From contig CAVZJB010000004.1 of NCBI GenBank assembly GCA_963775425.1, positions 544,001 to 608,000 on the forward strand: a stretch of 64,000 nucleotides of DNA, written 5' to 3'. The position numbers and the translations under genes were made by a program. Under the pieces are notes generated by a model. That model was given only the letters and a program-made list of their open reading frames with translations, made no database searches and was not told the origin of the DNA. Of the stretch, positions 35,626-46,474 are shown one piece after another. Origin of the DNA: an uncultured delta proteobacterium. GTDB taxonomy: Bacteria; Myxococcota; UBA727; VGSZ01. How positions within the stretch are numbered: position 1 is the first letter of the stretch; each line of letters starts with the position of its first letter.

Positions 35626-38600
35626 ATGAAGCGTCTCGTCCTGCTCGCGCTGCCCGCCCTCCTCGCCGACTGCCTGTGCGGCGCGCCGCCGGTGCCGAAC
35701 CCGCCGCCCATCAAGGCAGCACCCACGGGCTTCTTCATCGGCGAAGCGTTCTCCGACGGGGAGAGCGTCGGCGGTGTGCGGGTGAGCGTGTACGGGACCA
35801 CCGCGTCGGCCACCAGCGTCGCCGGCAAGCAGTTCGTGCTCCAGCCCATCCCGGTCCGCACGCACACCGTCGACATGGCGAGCGCGGACGGTCGCTTCGC
35901 CACCCGCTTCCAGCAGGCGCTCGACGCAGGCGGCGAGACGGTCTTGCTGAGCGCCGGCGACACCACGCTGCGGGCGCCCGCCACGCTGACGGGAACCGTC
36001 GTGCTCTCCGACGGCCAGAGCCCCGTCGGCGCCGTCGTCTACCTCGTGCAGGGAGACGCCGATCAGGTGGCCCCCGTCGGCGACGACGGCACGTTCTCGC
36101 TGAGCCCGCTCCCCGTCGGCCACGTCGCCATCGGCGTGAGCAAGGCCGGCTACGACATCGACCGCGAGGAGGTCGATCTCGCCGAGGGGACCCAGGACTT
36201 CGGCAACGCCATCCAGCTCTCACCGCTGCAGGACACCGCCGCGCTCGTCAACATCACCAGCAAGGTGTTGCTCGCGGGCGAGACGGATCACTCGGGCACC
36301 ACGGTGCTCGTCGACGACGGCGATCAGATCGTCATCACCGACGCCGCCGGCAGCTTCACCGCCGCCGTCGCCCCCGGGCGCCACTCGCTCACCGCGGAGC
36401 GCCCGGGCTTCGACACGGTGGAGCTGCCGAGCGTCAGCGTCAGCGAGAGCGGGAGCGTCGACGAGGGGCTCGTCGAGATCTTCCTCGCGCCGTCGACGGC
36501 ATCGAACGCCGCGCCGCCGCCGCCGCCGCCCGGCGACGGGCCGGTGCTCACCATCGAAGCGCCGGCCGCGGGGTCCGAGCTCACCGCGGGCGTACCGCTG
36601 CCGTTCACGGCGAGCATCGCGAACGTGTCGCCCACGAGCCCGCTTCTGTCGCAGATCGAGTGGCGCGTGCGCGTCGTCGGCGACAGCGATCCGGGCGCGC
36701 TGCTCGGCACGGGCTCCGTGCTCGCCGCCACGCTGCCGGCCTCGCTCGCGGGCGAGCTCCTCGAGATCACCGCGGAGGTCCCCGGCGAGGACCTCCTCGA
36801 CAGCGTCGCGGTCAGCGCGCGCCAATTCCTCAAGAGCGAGGTGCGCCCGGGCATCGACGCCGTGCTCGTCCCGCCGCCGGCGGCCACCGTCGCCGCCGAC
36901 GGCGTCCTGGAGGTGCACATCCAGCAGGGCCACCCCGCCATCCTCGCGCCCGCCGACGCAGTCAGCGTCTCGTGGACCAGCGACACGGGCCTCGACTTCG
37001 CGCAGCAGGTCGACCTCGGGGTGCTCCCCGTCGGCACGCACACGTTCACGGCGCACGTGGCGACGCCCGACGGCCTCGTGGACGCGCTCGACGTGCGCGT
37101 CATCGTCGACGCGCTGCAGTTCGACCTGACGGTGGTGCAGCCGGCCGCCGGCACCGTGTTTTTCACGGACCAGCCGCTGCCGCTGCAGGTGCAGGTCACC
37201 CACGGCTTCGAGCCGGTGTTCCCGCAAGCCGCGGTGGCCTGGCGCACCGACGCGGGCACGCAGCTCGCCGCCGGCGCCATCGCCAGCACCTTCAGCGCGC
37301 CCACCGGCTCGCAGGCGCTCCTCGTCGACGTCACCGACGCCGTCGGCAACGTGCGCAGCGCCGTGGTGGACTACCAGCTCGAGCCCATCTCGTTCACCGC
37401 GAGCTTCAACGCCCCGGCCGACAACCTCGACGTGCAGCAGGGCGACCCGGTCACGTTCAACATCGGCTTCTCCCACAGCCGCGTCGCCAGCGACGACCCG
37501 AGCGTCACCGTCAGCCTCACCTCCAACCTCCAGGGCCCCATCGGCAGCGGCGCCCCCAACAGCGACATCACCGTCACCGACCTCGTCCCCGGCACGCACA
37601 CCATCACCGCGCGCGTGGTCGCCGGCGGGCGCATCGCCACCGCCACGCACACGGTCGTCGTCGAGGCGCCGTTCGTCACCGCCACGGTGACGCAGCCGGC
37701 GCTCCACAACGTGCTCGCGCTCGACGGCACCGCCATGCGCTTCACCGTGCAGGTGGGCGCGTCGCAGGGCGCCACGCCGCGCGTGAGCTGGCTCCTCGAC
37801 GGACAGGAATTCGACCCCGCCTGGGACAACTACGGCGCCGACCCGCTCGCGGGCGCCGTGCGCAGCGACGTCAATCTCGGCAACTACACGCAGGGCGCCG
37901 GCATCTTTGCCGACCCCCGCTGGGGCGCCGGCGCGCACGTCGTGCAGGCGTGGGTGCGGCTCGACGACCCGGCCGTCGAGGCGCTCGGCTGCACCAACGC
38001 AGGCGTCGCCTCCCGCTGCGTCTCCATCAACGTGCAGGTGTTCCAGGCCCTTGAGGACAAGGGGCTGGCCGGCGACGTCACGCTCACGTCCACGGACCCC
38101 GTGGAGCGCTGGTCCGGCGGCATCGTGCTCCACAGCCGCTACTTCATCGAGGGCGGCACGCTCATCATCGACCCCGGCACCACCGTGGTGGTCGACATGG
38201 CCAACCGCACAAACCCGGCCAACCAGGACTCGAGCGGCGGCCGCGGCATCCAGCTCCGCGAGGGGACGCTCCAGGTGGGCGGCGCGGGCAACGTGCCGCC
38301 GGTGGTGTTTCAAACGCGCAAGCAGTTCGCGCAAAACAACAACTGGGACGGCATCCGCAACCTGTCGGGCGCGCCCGGCGGCGCGCTGCGGGTGTTGTCG
38401 CTGCAGAACGTCGTGGTTCGCGACGCGAACGCGGGCGTGAACCTGGGCTTCACCTCCATGCTGCCCGACGCCGAGCCGACGTTCGAAAACGTGCGCGTGG
38501 AAAATTCCGACCGGGGCATCACCGTGGCGTGTCCGTCGACCTTCAACGGCGTCTCCTTCGCCAACATCCGCAACGAAGCGCTCACCCTGCAGGACGACGC

Positions 38601-40839
38601 GCTGTGCCCGCCCTCCACCGACATCGCCAACGTCGACATCGAGGGCGCCGGCACCGGCATCCTGGTGTCCAACCGCAGCGCGGTACGCACCTACAACTTC
38701 ACGAACATCGTCGTGGACGGCGCCGGGACGGGCATCGACCTGCGCGACAACGTCGAGGCCACGGTGGACGGGAGCTCGTTCAAGAACGTCGGGCCCGGGA
38801 ATCAGTTCTCCGAAGCCGTGCTCATGTTCGGGACCAACGGCTCGCTCGAGGTCACAAACAGCACGTTCGAAAACGACGGCGCGGGCGTGGTCTTTCAGGT
38901 GAGCGCCGCGGGACATCTCGAGGTCGACGGCAACAGCTTCACGCGCTCCACCCGCGCCGTGCGCACGCTCACGCAGGGGACGGCGGACATCCACTTGAAC
39001 AGCTTCATCCAGAGCAGCTCGTTCGACATCGCACAGGAGAGCTCCCACGCCGTCGACGTCGACGCCCGCGGGAACTTCTTCGGCGACTTCGGCGACGCGA
39101 GCACCACAGGCGGCCAGATCGCACGCGCCCCCACGGGCCTCGCCGTCCCGCTCAGCCGCATCCTCGACGGGTTCGATGACACCAACTCGTCCATCATCCG
39201 CGTCGACAACCCCTTGCCGACGGCGTCCCTCCCCGAGGCGTACATCAGCGAGCCCACCAACACGGAGACGTACACCAACGACACGTGCATCCCGTTCGTG
39301 GCGGCGGCGCCGCTGTCGGGCATCGACGTCGACGCTTGCACCTGGTCCATCTTCCCCATCGGCGGCGATCCCGCCGCCGGCACCGCGGTCACCGTGCAGG
39401 CGGGCTGCGCGCAGGACGCCGTCGCCTCCGGCGACCACGGCGTGGCCCTCACGTGCGGCGGCGTGCTCGAGCAGGTCTCCCGGTTCCACGTCGACGACAC
39501 GCACCTGCCCTCGCGCATCCAGCCCCCCGGGCTCACCGTGGCGGCGGGCACCACGCGCACCGTCGGCGGCGACATCATCGTCGAGCCCGGCGCCACCCTC
39601 ACCCTCGAGCCCGGCAGCCATCTCCTCGTCTCGGCCGGCGACGCCGCGCACGACACGCTGCCCGCCACCGACGGCGGCCGCCTCGGCTCCAACGGCAAGA
39701 GCGAGCTCATCGTCCAGGGCACGTTGGCGGTCGGCGCGCCGGGGGCGTCGTCCGACGTGGTGATCGAGCCGACGTCGGCGGGAGCGAGCCCGGGGTTCTG
39801 GGGCGGCATCATCACCGCGCGCGGCGGCGTCGCCACCTTCGACCACGCGGTGATCAACGGCGCATCCACGGTGTCCATCGGCGACTTCGCCACCAACGAT
39901 CCGTTCACCGCTCCCGATGTGCGCTTCCGCGATGTCAGCATCGCCAACGTCACCGACGTCAGCCGCGGCGTGTGCCCCCGTGAGCTCACGCGCGTGGACC
40001 TGGACAACGTCGACCTCGGCGCGTTCGACTGCAACGCCGCCGCCGACTTCATCGTCACCGGCGGGACCTGGACCAACCTCAAGTCGAGCCAGAGCATGAT
40101 GCGCATCGACAACTTCACTACGCGTATCGTGGACCCCGCCGTCACCATCGACGGCCTGTCGCTCCACGGCTCCACGAGCAACGCGTCCGCGATCGAGATG
40201 CGCGGCGTGGTCGCCAACCTCTTCGTGAGCAATTCCACCTTCGAGGCCTTTGGGCGGCTGGTCACGGCCACCACCACGGCCGGCACCCTCAACGTCGCGG
40301 ACTCCACCTTGCGGCAGTTCACGGACAGCAACCAAGGCCTCTTCGAGGTCCTGGGCAACAGCTCGGTCGACGTGTCCCACAGCCTCATCCAGGGGGGACC
40401 GCACCTCGTCACGTTCGACTGCGGCTCGTTCACGTTGCGCGACAGCCGCGTGGTCGACGTGCCGGTGCCCTTCAACAACCTGAGCACCCAGGCCTTCGAC
40501 GCGCTCACGGTCAACGGGTCCCAATTCGAAAACGCCCAGGACGTGTTCGACATCGACTCCGTCTCGAACAACGCCGGCGTCGCCCTCGGCTACGACCTGT
40601 CGGGAAACAACTTCATCGGCACCACGGACAAGGTGCTCCGCATCCGCAACACGGCCACGGCGCTGCAGACGCAGTACGACCTCTCGGGCAGCTTCTTCGG
40701 CACGGGCGTGGACACCAACGCCGAGGTCGAGGCGCTGATCACGGACCCGCGCACCGACGCATCCCCGTCCGACCAGATCGTCGGCAAGACCGACTACAGC
40801 GGCTTTTCGACGTCGGCGCTCACCCTGGGGACGCCGTGA
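35626..40839 (+). CDS. Large secreted/surface protein (carboxypeptidase-regulatory-like and Ig-like repeats plus right-handed beta-helix regions)
   Basis: MKRLVLLAL signal peptide with Cys; DGTFSL..G..I.VSKAGY repeats; W.SD..LPVGTHT.T Ig-like repeats; TLIIDPGT..WDGI and beta-helix Asn ladders; about 1740 aa. Confidence 0.8.
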   Translation: MKRLVLLALPALLADCLCGAPPVPNPPPIKAAPTGFFIGEAFSDGESVGGVRVSVYGTTASATSVAGKQFVLQPIPVRTHTVDMASADGRFATRFQQALDAGGETVLLSAGDTTLRAPATLTGTVVLSDGQSPVGAVVYLVQGDADQVAPVGDDGTFSLSPLPVGHVAIGVSKAGYDIDREEVDLAEGTQDFGNAIQLSPLQDTAALVNITSKVLLAGETDHSGTTVLVDDGDQIVITDAAGSFTAAVAPGRHSLTAERPGFDTVELPSVSVSESGSVDEGLVEIFLAPSTASNAAPPPPPPGDGPVLTIEAPAAGSELTAGVPLPFTASIANVSPTSPLLSQIEWRVRVVGDSDPGALLGTGSVLAATLPASLAGELLEITAEVPGEDLLDSVAVSARQFLKSEVRPGIDAVLVPPPAATVAADGVLEVHIQQGHPAILAPADAVSVSWTSDTGLDFAQQVDLGVLPVGTHTFTAHVATPDGLVDALDVRVIVDALQFDLTVVQPAAGTVFFTDQPLPLQVQVTHGFEPVFPQAAVAWRTDAGTQLAAGAIASTFSAPTGSQALLVDVTDAVGNVRSAVVDYQLEPISFTASFNAPADNLDVQQGDPVTFNIGFSHSRVASDDPSVTVSLTSNLQGPIGSGAPNSDITVTDLVPGTHTITARVVAGGRIATATHTVVVEAPFVTATVTQPALHNVLALDGTAMRFTVQVGASQGATPRVSWLLDGQEFDPAWDNYGADPLAGAVRSDVNLGNYTQGAGIFADPRWGAGAHVVQAWVRLDDPAVEALGCTNAGVASRCVSINVQVFQALEDKGLAGDVTLTSTDPVERWSGGIVLHSRYFIEGGTLIIDPGTTVVVDMANRTNPANQDSSGGRGIQLREGTLQVGGAGNVPPVVFQTRKQFAQNNNWDGIRNLSGAPGGALRVLSLQNVVVRDANAGVNLGFTSMLPDAEPTFENVRVENSDRGITVACPSTFNGVSFANIRNEALTLQDDALCPPSTDIANVDIEGAGTGILVSNRSAVRTYNFTNIVVDGAGTGIDLRDNVEATVDGSSFKNVGPGNQFSEAVLMFGTNGSLEVTNSTFENDGAGVVFQVSAAGHLEVDGNSFTRSTRAVRTLTQGTADIHLNSFIQSSSFDIAQESSHAVDVDARGNFFGDFGDASTTGGQIARAPTGLAVPLSRILDGFDDTNSSIIRVDNPLPTASLPEAYISEPTNTETYTNDTCIPFVAAAPLSGIDVDACTWSIFPIGGDPAAGTAVTVQAGCAQDAVASGDHGVALTCGGVLEQVSRFHVDDTHLPSRIQPPGLTVAAGTTRTVGGDIIVEPGATLTLEPGSHLLVSAGDAAHDTLPATDGGRLGSNGKSELIVQGTLAVGAPGASSDVVIEPTSAGASPGFWGGIITARGGVATFDHAVINGASTVSIGDFATNDPFTAPDVRFRDVSIANVTDVSRGVCPRELTRVDLDNVDLGAFDCNAAADFIVTGGTWTNLKSSQSMMRIDNFTTRIVDPAVTIDGLSLHGSTSNASAIEMRGVVANLFVSNSTFEAFGRLVTATTTAGTLNVADSTLRQFTDSNQGLFEVLGNSSVDVSHSLIQGGPHLVTFDCGSFTLRDSRVVDVPVPFNNLSTQAFDALTVNGSQFENAQDVFDIDSVSNNAGVALGYDLSGNNFIGTTDKVLRIRNTATALQTQYDLSGSFFGTGVDTNAEVEALITDPRTDASPSDQIVGKTDYSGFSTSALTLGTP

Positions 40840-42065
40840 TGACCCGCGCCCCGCTCACCTTCGCCGTCTCGCTCCTCCTCGCCGCCGCCGCCGCGCACGC
40901 GCAGGACGCCGCAGCCGCCGCCGAACACGACGCCCCCAAGGCCGACGCCGCCAAGGACGACGCGGCCAAGGACGACGCCGCCAAGGACGACGCCGCCAAG
41001 GACGACGCCGCCAAGGACGACGCCGCCAAGGACGACGGCGACGCCGCCGAGGACCACGGGCTCGCGCCCAAGAGCGGGCCGGCGCTGTACGTCGTGGACC
41101 CGAAGATCGTGAACATGGCCAAGAGCGTGGGAGCCACCGTCAGCTCGCTCATCGCCAAGACCGCGGAGCACGAGGGCTTCCGGGTGTTCACGCGCGACGA
41201 CGCCAAGGTCATCCTCGGCCAGAGCGCAGACCTGCAGGAGCTCGGCGGCGACGCCGACGGCGCGTCGCTCTCGGAGCTCGGCAAGGCCGTGGGCGCCAAC
41301 CACGTCGTCGCCGCCGTCGTCTCCGCGGTGGACCAGGACATCGTCGTGCAAGCGCGGCTCATCGACGTCAAGAAGGCGGCGGTGGTCTCGCGGCGCGAGG
41401 TCAAGGCCTCCGACTTCGGCGGCGCCCTCGTCGCCGCGGTGGAGGCGGCCACGCGCCTCGCGCTCCAGCCGGTGTTCGCCGACCAACGCGGCGTGCTCAC
41501 GTTGAAGGTGAGCGAAGAGGGCGCCAATGTCACCGTCGACGACAGCCTCGTCGGCGTCACCCCGCTCGAAAAGCCCCTCGAGCTCGCCGGCGGCCACCAC
41601 CTCTTGGTGGTGGAGAAGAAGGGCTTCATCCGCCACGCCGAGGACGTGAAGGTCACCAAGGGAGCCACCCTCGCGCGCGACGTACGCCTGCGCCCGTCGG
41701 TGGAATTCCTCGAGGACTATCGCGCGAAGAACGGCCTGTACCGAACGCTCGCGTGGACCACCACCATCGCCGGCGGAGCGCTCGCGGTCGCCGCCGGCGG
41801 CCTCGCCGTTCCGTACGCGCTCAAGTCGCAGGAGGTGCTCGACACCACCGCCGAGTACAACGCCATCCCCGACATCACGCCCGAGAAGGCGGCGGAGGGC
41901 AACGCGCTCGTCGCCCAGGCGCGCGACGAGGCGGCGCTGTGGTCCTACGCCGCCGCCGCCGCCGGCTCCGGCGCGCTCATCGCGGGCGGCGCCGCGGCGT
42001 ACTTCTGGATCTTCGGCGACGACCCCGCGCGCTACGACGGCATCGACGGTCCCGCCGCGGAGTGA
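40839..42065 (+). CDS. PEGA-domain protein with KDDAA repeats and C-terminal hydrophobic helices
   Basis: Signal peptide AHA-QD; VSEEGANVTVDD..GVTPL..GHHLLVVEKKGF (PEGA); start overlaps the upstream stop. Confidence 0.82.
   Translation: MTRAPLTFAVSLLLAAAAAHAQDAAAAAEHDAPKADAAKDDAAKDDAAKDDAAKDDAAKDDAAKDDGDAAEDHGLAPKSGPALYVVDPKIVNMAKSVGATVSSLIAKTAEHEGFRVFTRDDAKVILGQSADLQELGGDADGASLSELGKAVGANHVVAAVVSAVDQDIVVQARLIDVKKAAVVSRREVKASDFGGALVAAVEAATRLALQPVFADQRGVLTLKVSEEGANVTVDDSLVGVTPLEKPLELAGGHHLLVVEKKGFIRHAEDVKVTKGATLARDVRLRPSVEFLEDYRAKNGLYRTLAWTTTIAGGALAVAAGGLAVPYALKSQEVLDTTAEYNAIPDITPEKAAEGNALVAQARDEAALWSYAAAAAGSGALIAGGAAAYFWIFGDDPARYDGIDGPAAE
40938..41036. repeat. 15-bp tandem repeat (KDDAA)
   Basis: AAGGACGACGCCGCC x about 6.5. 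Confidence 0.85.
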
Positions 42066-45000
42066 CGTCCGCGGCCGGAGATCCACAGGAAGAACACCGG
42101 CGTCACCACCAGCGTGAAGAGCTGTGAGAACAGCAGGCCGCCGACGACGGCCAGACCGAGGGGCCTGCGCATCTCGGCGCCCGTGCCGAAGCCGATGGCG
42201 ATGGGGAGCGTGCCCACCAGCGCCGCCATCGTCGTCATCATGATGGGGCGGAAGCGGATGATGCTCGCCTCGAAGATGGCTTCGTTGGGGGGCTTTCCCT
42301 GCTTCTGCGCATCGAGGGCGAAGTCCACCATCATGATGCCGTTCTTCTTCACGAGGCCGACGAGCATGACGATGCCGACGAACGCATAGAGCGAGAGGTC
42401 TGCGCCGAACAACAGGAGCGTCAGCAGCGCGCCGAAGCCGGCGAAAGGAAGCGCCGTGAGGATGGTGACCGGGTGGCGGAAGCTCTCGTAGAGCACGCCG
42501 AGCACGATGTAGATGACGACGACGGTGAGCACGAGCAGCCAGCCGAGTCCGGACAAGGACGACTGGAACACCTGCGCGGCGCCCTGGAAGCTGGTCGTGA
42601 CGCCTGCGGGCACGGTCTTGTTTGCCAGGTCCTGCACCGCGCTCACCGCCGGACCGAGCGAGGCGCCCGGCGCCAGGTTGAACGACAGCGTGACGCTCGG
42701 GAGCTGCCCCGAGTGGTTCACCGCCAACGGCGCCGCCGTGGTGTGGAGATCGGCGACCTCGTCGAGAGGCACCAGGGCGCCCGAGTTGGACTTCACGCGG
42801 AGCAGCGAGAGCGCTCGTGGGTCTTCCTGCGCCTCGGGGACCACCTCGAGGATGATCGAGTAGGTGTTGTCCGGGGCGTAGATCGTCGAGACCTGTCGGG
42901 ACGCGAACGCGTCGAACAGCGCGGTCTCCACGGCCATCGCGCTGACGCCCAGCGACGACGCGCGATCGCGGTCGAGCACCACGCGCACCTGCGGGCTCTT
43001 CACCTGAAGGTCGCTGGTGACGTCTTGCAGGAGCGCCACGGCGTGCATCTTGTCCTCGAGCGCGGCGGCCGCCTTGTAGAGCGCGCGTGTGTCGCCGCCC
43101 GAGAGCGTGAGCTGGTACTGGCTCTTCGTGAGCCTGCCGCCGAGCGGGATGGTGCCGGGCTCCTGCAGGAAGACCTTGATTCCCGGGATGCGCGCGAGCT
43201 TCTTGCGCAGCCGCTCGAGGATGACGCCCGCGTCGTCGCGCTTGTTGCGCGGCTCGAGGCGCACGAAGACCATCCCGCTGTTGACTGCGCCGGCGCGCAC
43301 GCCCACCGCGGACATGAAGGCCTCCACGCCGGGCTCGCGGCGAATCACCTCGGCCACCTGCTGCTGGTGGCGCACCATGTCGTCGAAGGAGATGTTCTCC
43401 GCCGCCTCCGTCGACGCGAAGAGCTGGCCGGTGTCCTCGGGCGGCAACAGCCCCTTCGGCACCAGCACGAACAACCCCCCGGTGGCGACGAGCACGAGCG
43501 CGGAGAAGCCGAGCACGAGCTTCACGTGCAGGAGCGCCCAGCGCAGCGCCCGCGCGTAGAGGTTCTGGGCGGCGAAGAACGCGCGCTCGGCGCCCCGCGA
43601 CAAGGCCCCCGGGCGGCGCGCGGCGTCGTGCTCCCTCGTGCTGAGGAAGCGGCTCGCGAGCATCGGGGTCAGCGTCAGCGAGACCATGCCGGAGACGAGG
43701 ATGGCGACGGCGATGGTGACGCCGAACTCGCGAAACAGCCGACCGAGCAGGCCGCCCATGAAGAGCACGGGGATGAACACCGCCGACAGCGACAGCGTCA
43801 TCGACACGATGGTGAAGCCGATCTCGCGCGCGCCGTCGAGCGCCGCCGTGCGCCGGTCTTCACCGCTCTCCATGTGGCGCACGATGTTTTCGAGCATCAC
43901 GATGGCGTCGTCGATGATGAAGCCGACGGACAGCGTCAGCCCCATGAGCGAGAGGTTGTCCAGGCTATATCCGAGCGACCACAAGACGCCGAAGGTCGCG
44001 AGCACCGACAAGGGCAACGCCATGCTCGGGATGAGGGTGGCGCGGGCGCTGCGCAGGAACGCGAAGATCACGAGGATGACCAACGCCAGCGTGATGAGCA
44101 GCGTCAGCTCGACGTCGTTCACCGACGACTGGATGGACGCCGAGCGATCAAAGAGCAGGTGCGCGGTCACCGACGCCGGCAGCCGCTCCTCGAGCTGCGG
44201 GAGCAGCGCGAGGATGGCCTTGGCTACGGCGATGGTGTTGGTGCCGGGCTGGCGCTGGACGGCCAGCACCACCGAGCGCTGCTCCACGCCCCGCGGCCCC
44301 GCCGACACGTAGAACGCGGCGGCGCGGGTGTTCTCGACGCTGTCCACGACCCTGGCGACCTCGTCGAGCCGCACCCAGGCGCCGTCGCGGTACGCGACCA
44401 CCACCGGCCGAAGCTGGGCGGCGTTTTCCACCTGGCCCGTGGCCTGGATGGTGAACGCCAGCCGCGGTCCGCTCAACACGCCGCCTGGGAGGTTGACGTT
44501 GGCGTCCTGCACGGCGCGCGCGACGTCGTCGATGGCGATGTTGCGCTCCTCCAGCGCCTGCGGCGACACCTGCACGCGCAGCGCGTACTTCTGCGCCCCG
44601 AACACCTGCACCTGCGCCACCCCGCTCACCATGGAGATGCGCTGGGCCATGAGCGTCTCGCCGTATTCGTCGAGCTTCCACAGCGGGAGCGTCGGCGATG
44701 TGAGCGCGATGTAGAGCACGGGGTTCGCCGCGGGGTTCACCTTGAAGTACGTGGGCGGCGCCGGCATCTCCGGCGGCAACGAGCGGCCGGCGGCGGCGAT
44801 GGCCGCCTGGACGTCCTGCGCCGCGCCGTCGACGTCCCGGTCGATGTCGAATTGCAGCGTGATCTGCGTGGAGCCGAGGCTCGACGTCGACGTCATCGAA
44901 TCGATGCCGGCGATGGTGGAGAACTGGCGCTCGAGCGGCGTCGCCACCGCCGCCGCCATCGTCTCCGGCGACGCCCCCGGGAGCGCCGCGCTCACGAGGA

Positions 45001-45133
45001 TGGTGGGGAAGTCGACGTTCGGCAGATCGCTCACGGGGAGCGCGCGATAGCCGATGACACCGAAGACGACGATCGCGAGCGAGAGGAGCGTGGTGGCCAC
45101 CGGCCGCCGGATGAACGGACCCGAGATGCTCAC
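42032..45133 (-). CDS. RND efflux permease (MdtB/MdtC/AcrB-like)
   Basis: FIRRPVATTLL, PNVDFPTI, GFIIDDAIVMLENI, KKNGIMMVDFA, RFRPIMMTT. Confidence 0.95.
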   Translation of the reverse strand: MSISGPFIRRPVATTLLSLAIVVFGVIGYRALPVSDLPNVDFPTILVSAALPGASPETMAAAVATPLERQFSTIAGIDSMTSTSSLGSTQITLQFDIDRDVDGAAQDVQAAIAAAGRSLPPEMPAPPTYFKVNPAANPVLYIALTSPTLPLWKLDEYGETLMAQRISMVSGVAQVQVFGAQKYALRVQVSPQALEERNIAIDDVARAVQDANVNLPGGVLSGPRLAFTIQATGQVENAAQLRPVVVAYRDGAWVRLDEVARVVDSVENTRAAAFYVSAGPRGVEQRSVVLAVQRQPGTNTIAVAKAILALLPQLEERLPASVTAHLLFDRSASIQSSVNDVELTLLITLALVILVIFAFLRSARATLIPSMALPLSVLATFGVLWSLGYSLDNLSLMGLTLSVGFIIDDAIVMLENIVRHMESGEDRRTAALDGAREIGFTIVSMTLSLSAVFIPVLFMGGLLGRLFREFGVTIAVAILVSGMVSLTLTPMLASRFLSTREHDAARRPGALSRGAERAFFAAQNLYARALRWALLHVKLVLGFSALVLVATGGLFVLVPKGLLPPEDTGQLFASTEAAENISFDDMVRHQQQVAEVIRREPGVEAFMSAVGVRAGAVNSGMVFVRLEPRNKRDDAGVILERLRKKLARIPGIKVFLQEPGTIPLGGRLTKSQYQLTLSGGDTRALYKAAAALEDKMHAVALLQDVTSDLQVKSPQVRVVLDRDRASSLGVSAMAVETALFDAFASRQVSTIYAPDNTYSIILEVVPEAQEDPRALSLLRVKSNSGALVPLDEVADLHTTAAPLAVNHSGQLPSVTLSFNLAPGASLGPAVSAVQDLANKTVPAGVTTSFQGAAQVFQSSLSGLGWLLVLTVVVIYIVLGVLYESFRHPVTILTALPFAGFGALLTLLLFGADLSLYAFVGIVMLVGLVKKNGIMMVDFALDAQKQGKPPNEAIFEASIIRFRPIMMTTMAALVGTLPIAIGFGTGAEMRRPLGLAVVGGLLFSQLFTLVVTPVFFLWISGRGRHSAAGPSMPS

Positions 45134-46254
45134 GACCGCCCTCCCTGTGGGGGCGAGGGCGCCGACACCGTGACCCGCCGGCCCTGCGTCAGCCCGAGCT
45201 GGCCGTCGACCACCACGGTCTCACCGGGGCGCACGCCGGACTCGATGACGATGACGTTGCCGGCGGCGGGTCCGGTCCGCACCCTGCGCAGCGCCGCCGT
45301 GCCGTTGGACGTGACGACGAAGAGCGTGTCGCCCTCCTGGCCGGTCTGCACCGCGGCGCGCGGCACGACCACCGCGCTCCTGCGGACGCCGAGGTGGACG
45401 CGGACGCGCGCGTACGCGCCCGGCCACAAAGACGCGTCTTCGTTTTCGAACGTGGCCTTGCAGGGCACGGCGCCGGTGCCGGAGTCGACCGCGCTGCCGA
45501 CGAACGTGAGCCTGCCGATGCGCGCCGCGTGCTGCGGCGTCGGCAGCACGGCGACCGGGATGTCGCGGCCCGAGGCGCGGCGGGCGAGCGCGTCGTCGAG
45601 CGACGCGCGCGGGAGCTGGAACGCCACGTAGATGGGCTTGATGCGCCGCACGACCACCACCCCGGTGCCGGCGGCGACGTTGCTCCCCACGTCGACCAGG
45701 CGCTGATCGGCGCGGCCGCTCACGGGCGAGCGCACCGTGGCCCACTCGAGGTTCAAGCGCGCCGTGTGCAACGCCGCGCGATCGGCGTCGAGCGTGGCCG
45801 CCGCCGCGCCCGCCGCGGCGACCTTGGCCTCGGCGTCGGCGGGCGCGATGAGCTGGCGCGCGGCGAGGGCCTTGTAGCGGGCGGCGTCGGCCGCGAGGTT
45901 CTTCTCCTGTGCCTCGTCGCGCGCGAGCACCGCGCGCGCCTGATCCATGGCCGCGCGGTACGGCTCGCGGTCGATGACGAAGAGCACCGCGCCCTTGTCG
46001 ACGTACCCGCCCTCGCGAAACCCGATGCGCTCGATCTGGCCCGAGACGCGCGGCGACACGGTCACCTTGCTCACCGCCATCGCGGTGCCGACCGCGTCGA
46101 CCTCGATGGGCACGTCCTCGACGCGCGCGCGCTCGACGACGACCGGCGCCGCCGCCGGCGCCGGCGCTTCGCCCTTGCCGGAGCTGCACGCGCCCGCGCC
46201 CGAAGCGAGCACGACGATCAACCACGGGAAGCTCGACGCATCTCCGGCGCGCAT
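45130..46254 (-). CDS. RND periplasmic adaptor (MdtA-like)
   Basis: Lipobox; VSPRVSGQI..FREG..V.KG.VLF.ID; VRSPVSGR; FENEDASLWPG. Confidence 0.92.
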   Translation of the reverse strand: MRAGDASSFPWLIVVLASGAGACSSGKGEAPAPAAAPVVVERARVEDVPIEVDAVGTAMAVSKVTVSPRVSGQIERIGFREGGYVDKGAVLFVIDREPYRAAMDQARAVLARDEAQEKNLAADAARYKALAARQLIAPADAEAKVAAAGAAAATLDADRAALHTARLNLEWATVRSPVSGRADQRLVDVGSNVAAGTGVVVVRRIKPIYVAFQLPRASLDDALARRASGRDIPVAVLPTPQHAARIGRLTFVGSAVDSGTGAVPCKATFENEDASLWPGAYARVRVHLGVRRSAVVVPRAAVQTGQEGDTLFVVTSNGTAALRRVRTGPAAGNVIVIESGVRPGETVVVDGQLGLTQGRRVTVSAPSPPQGGRS

Positions 46255-46474
46255 GGCCGCTCCTGCCCTCCGTCACGATCCCCACTCGCGGCGCGCGGCG
46301 CAGCCGGTCCGGTGATCGGGCGCTTGTGCTGCGCGCGGGAGCACAGCCGCGCCGTCCGACGCGCGCATACGCCCACCCCGACCGCGGCGGCGACGTCGTC
46401 GCACGGCCGCCCGGGCCCCCGTGCGGCGCCCACCGATCCGCGCTATGCGCGTCGGCGAACCCGGACGGTGAACG

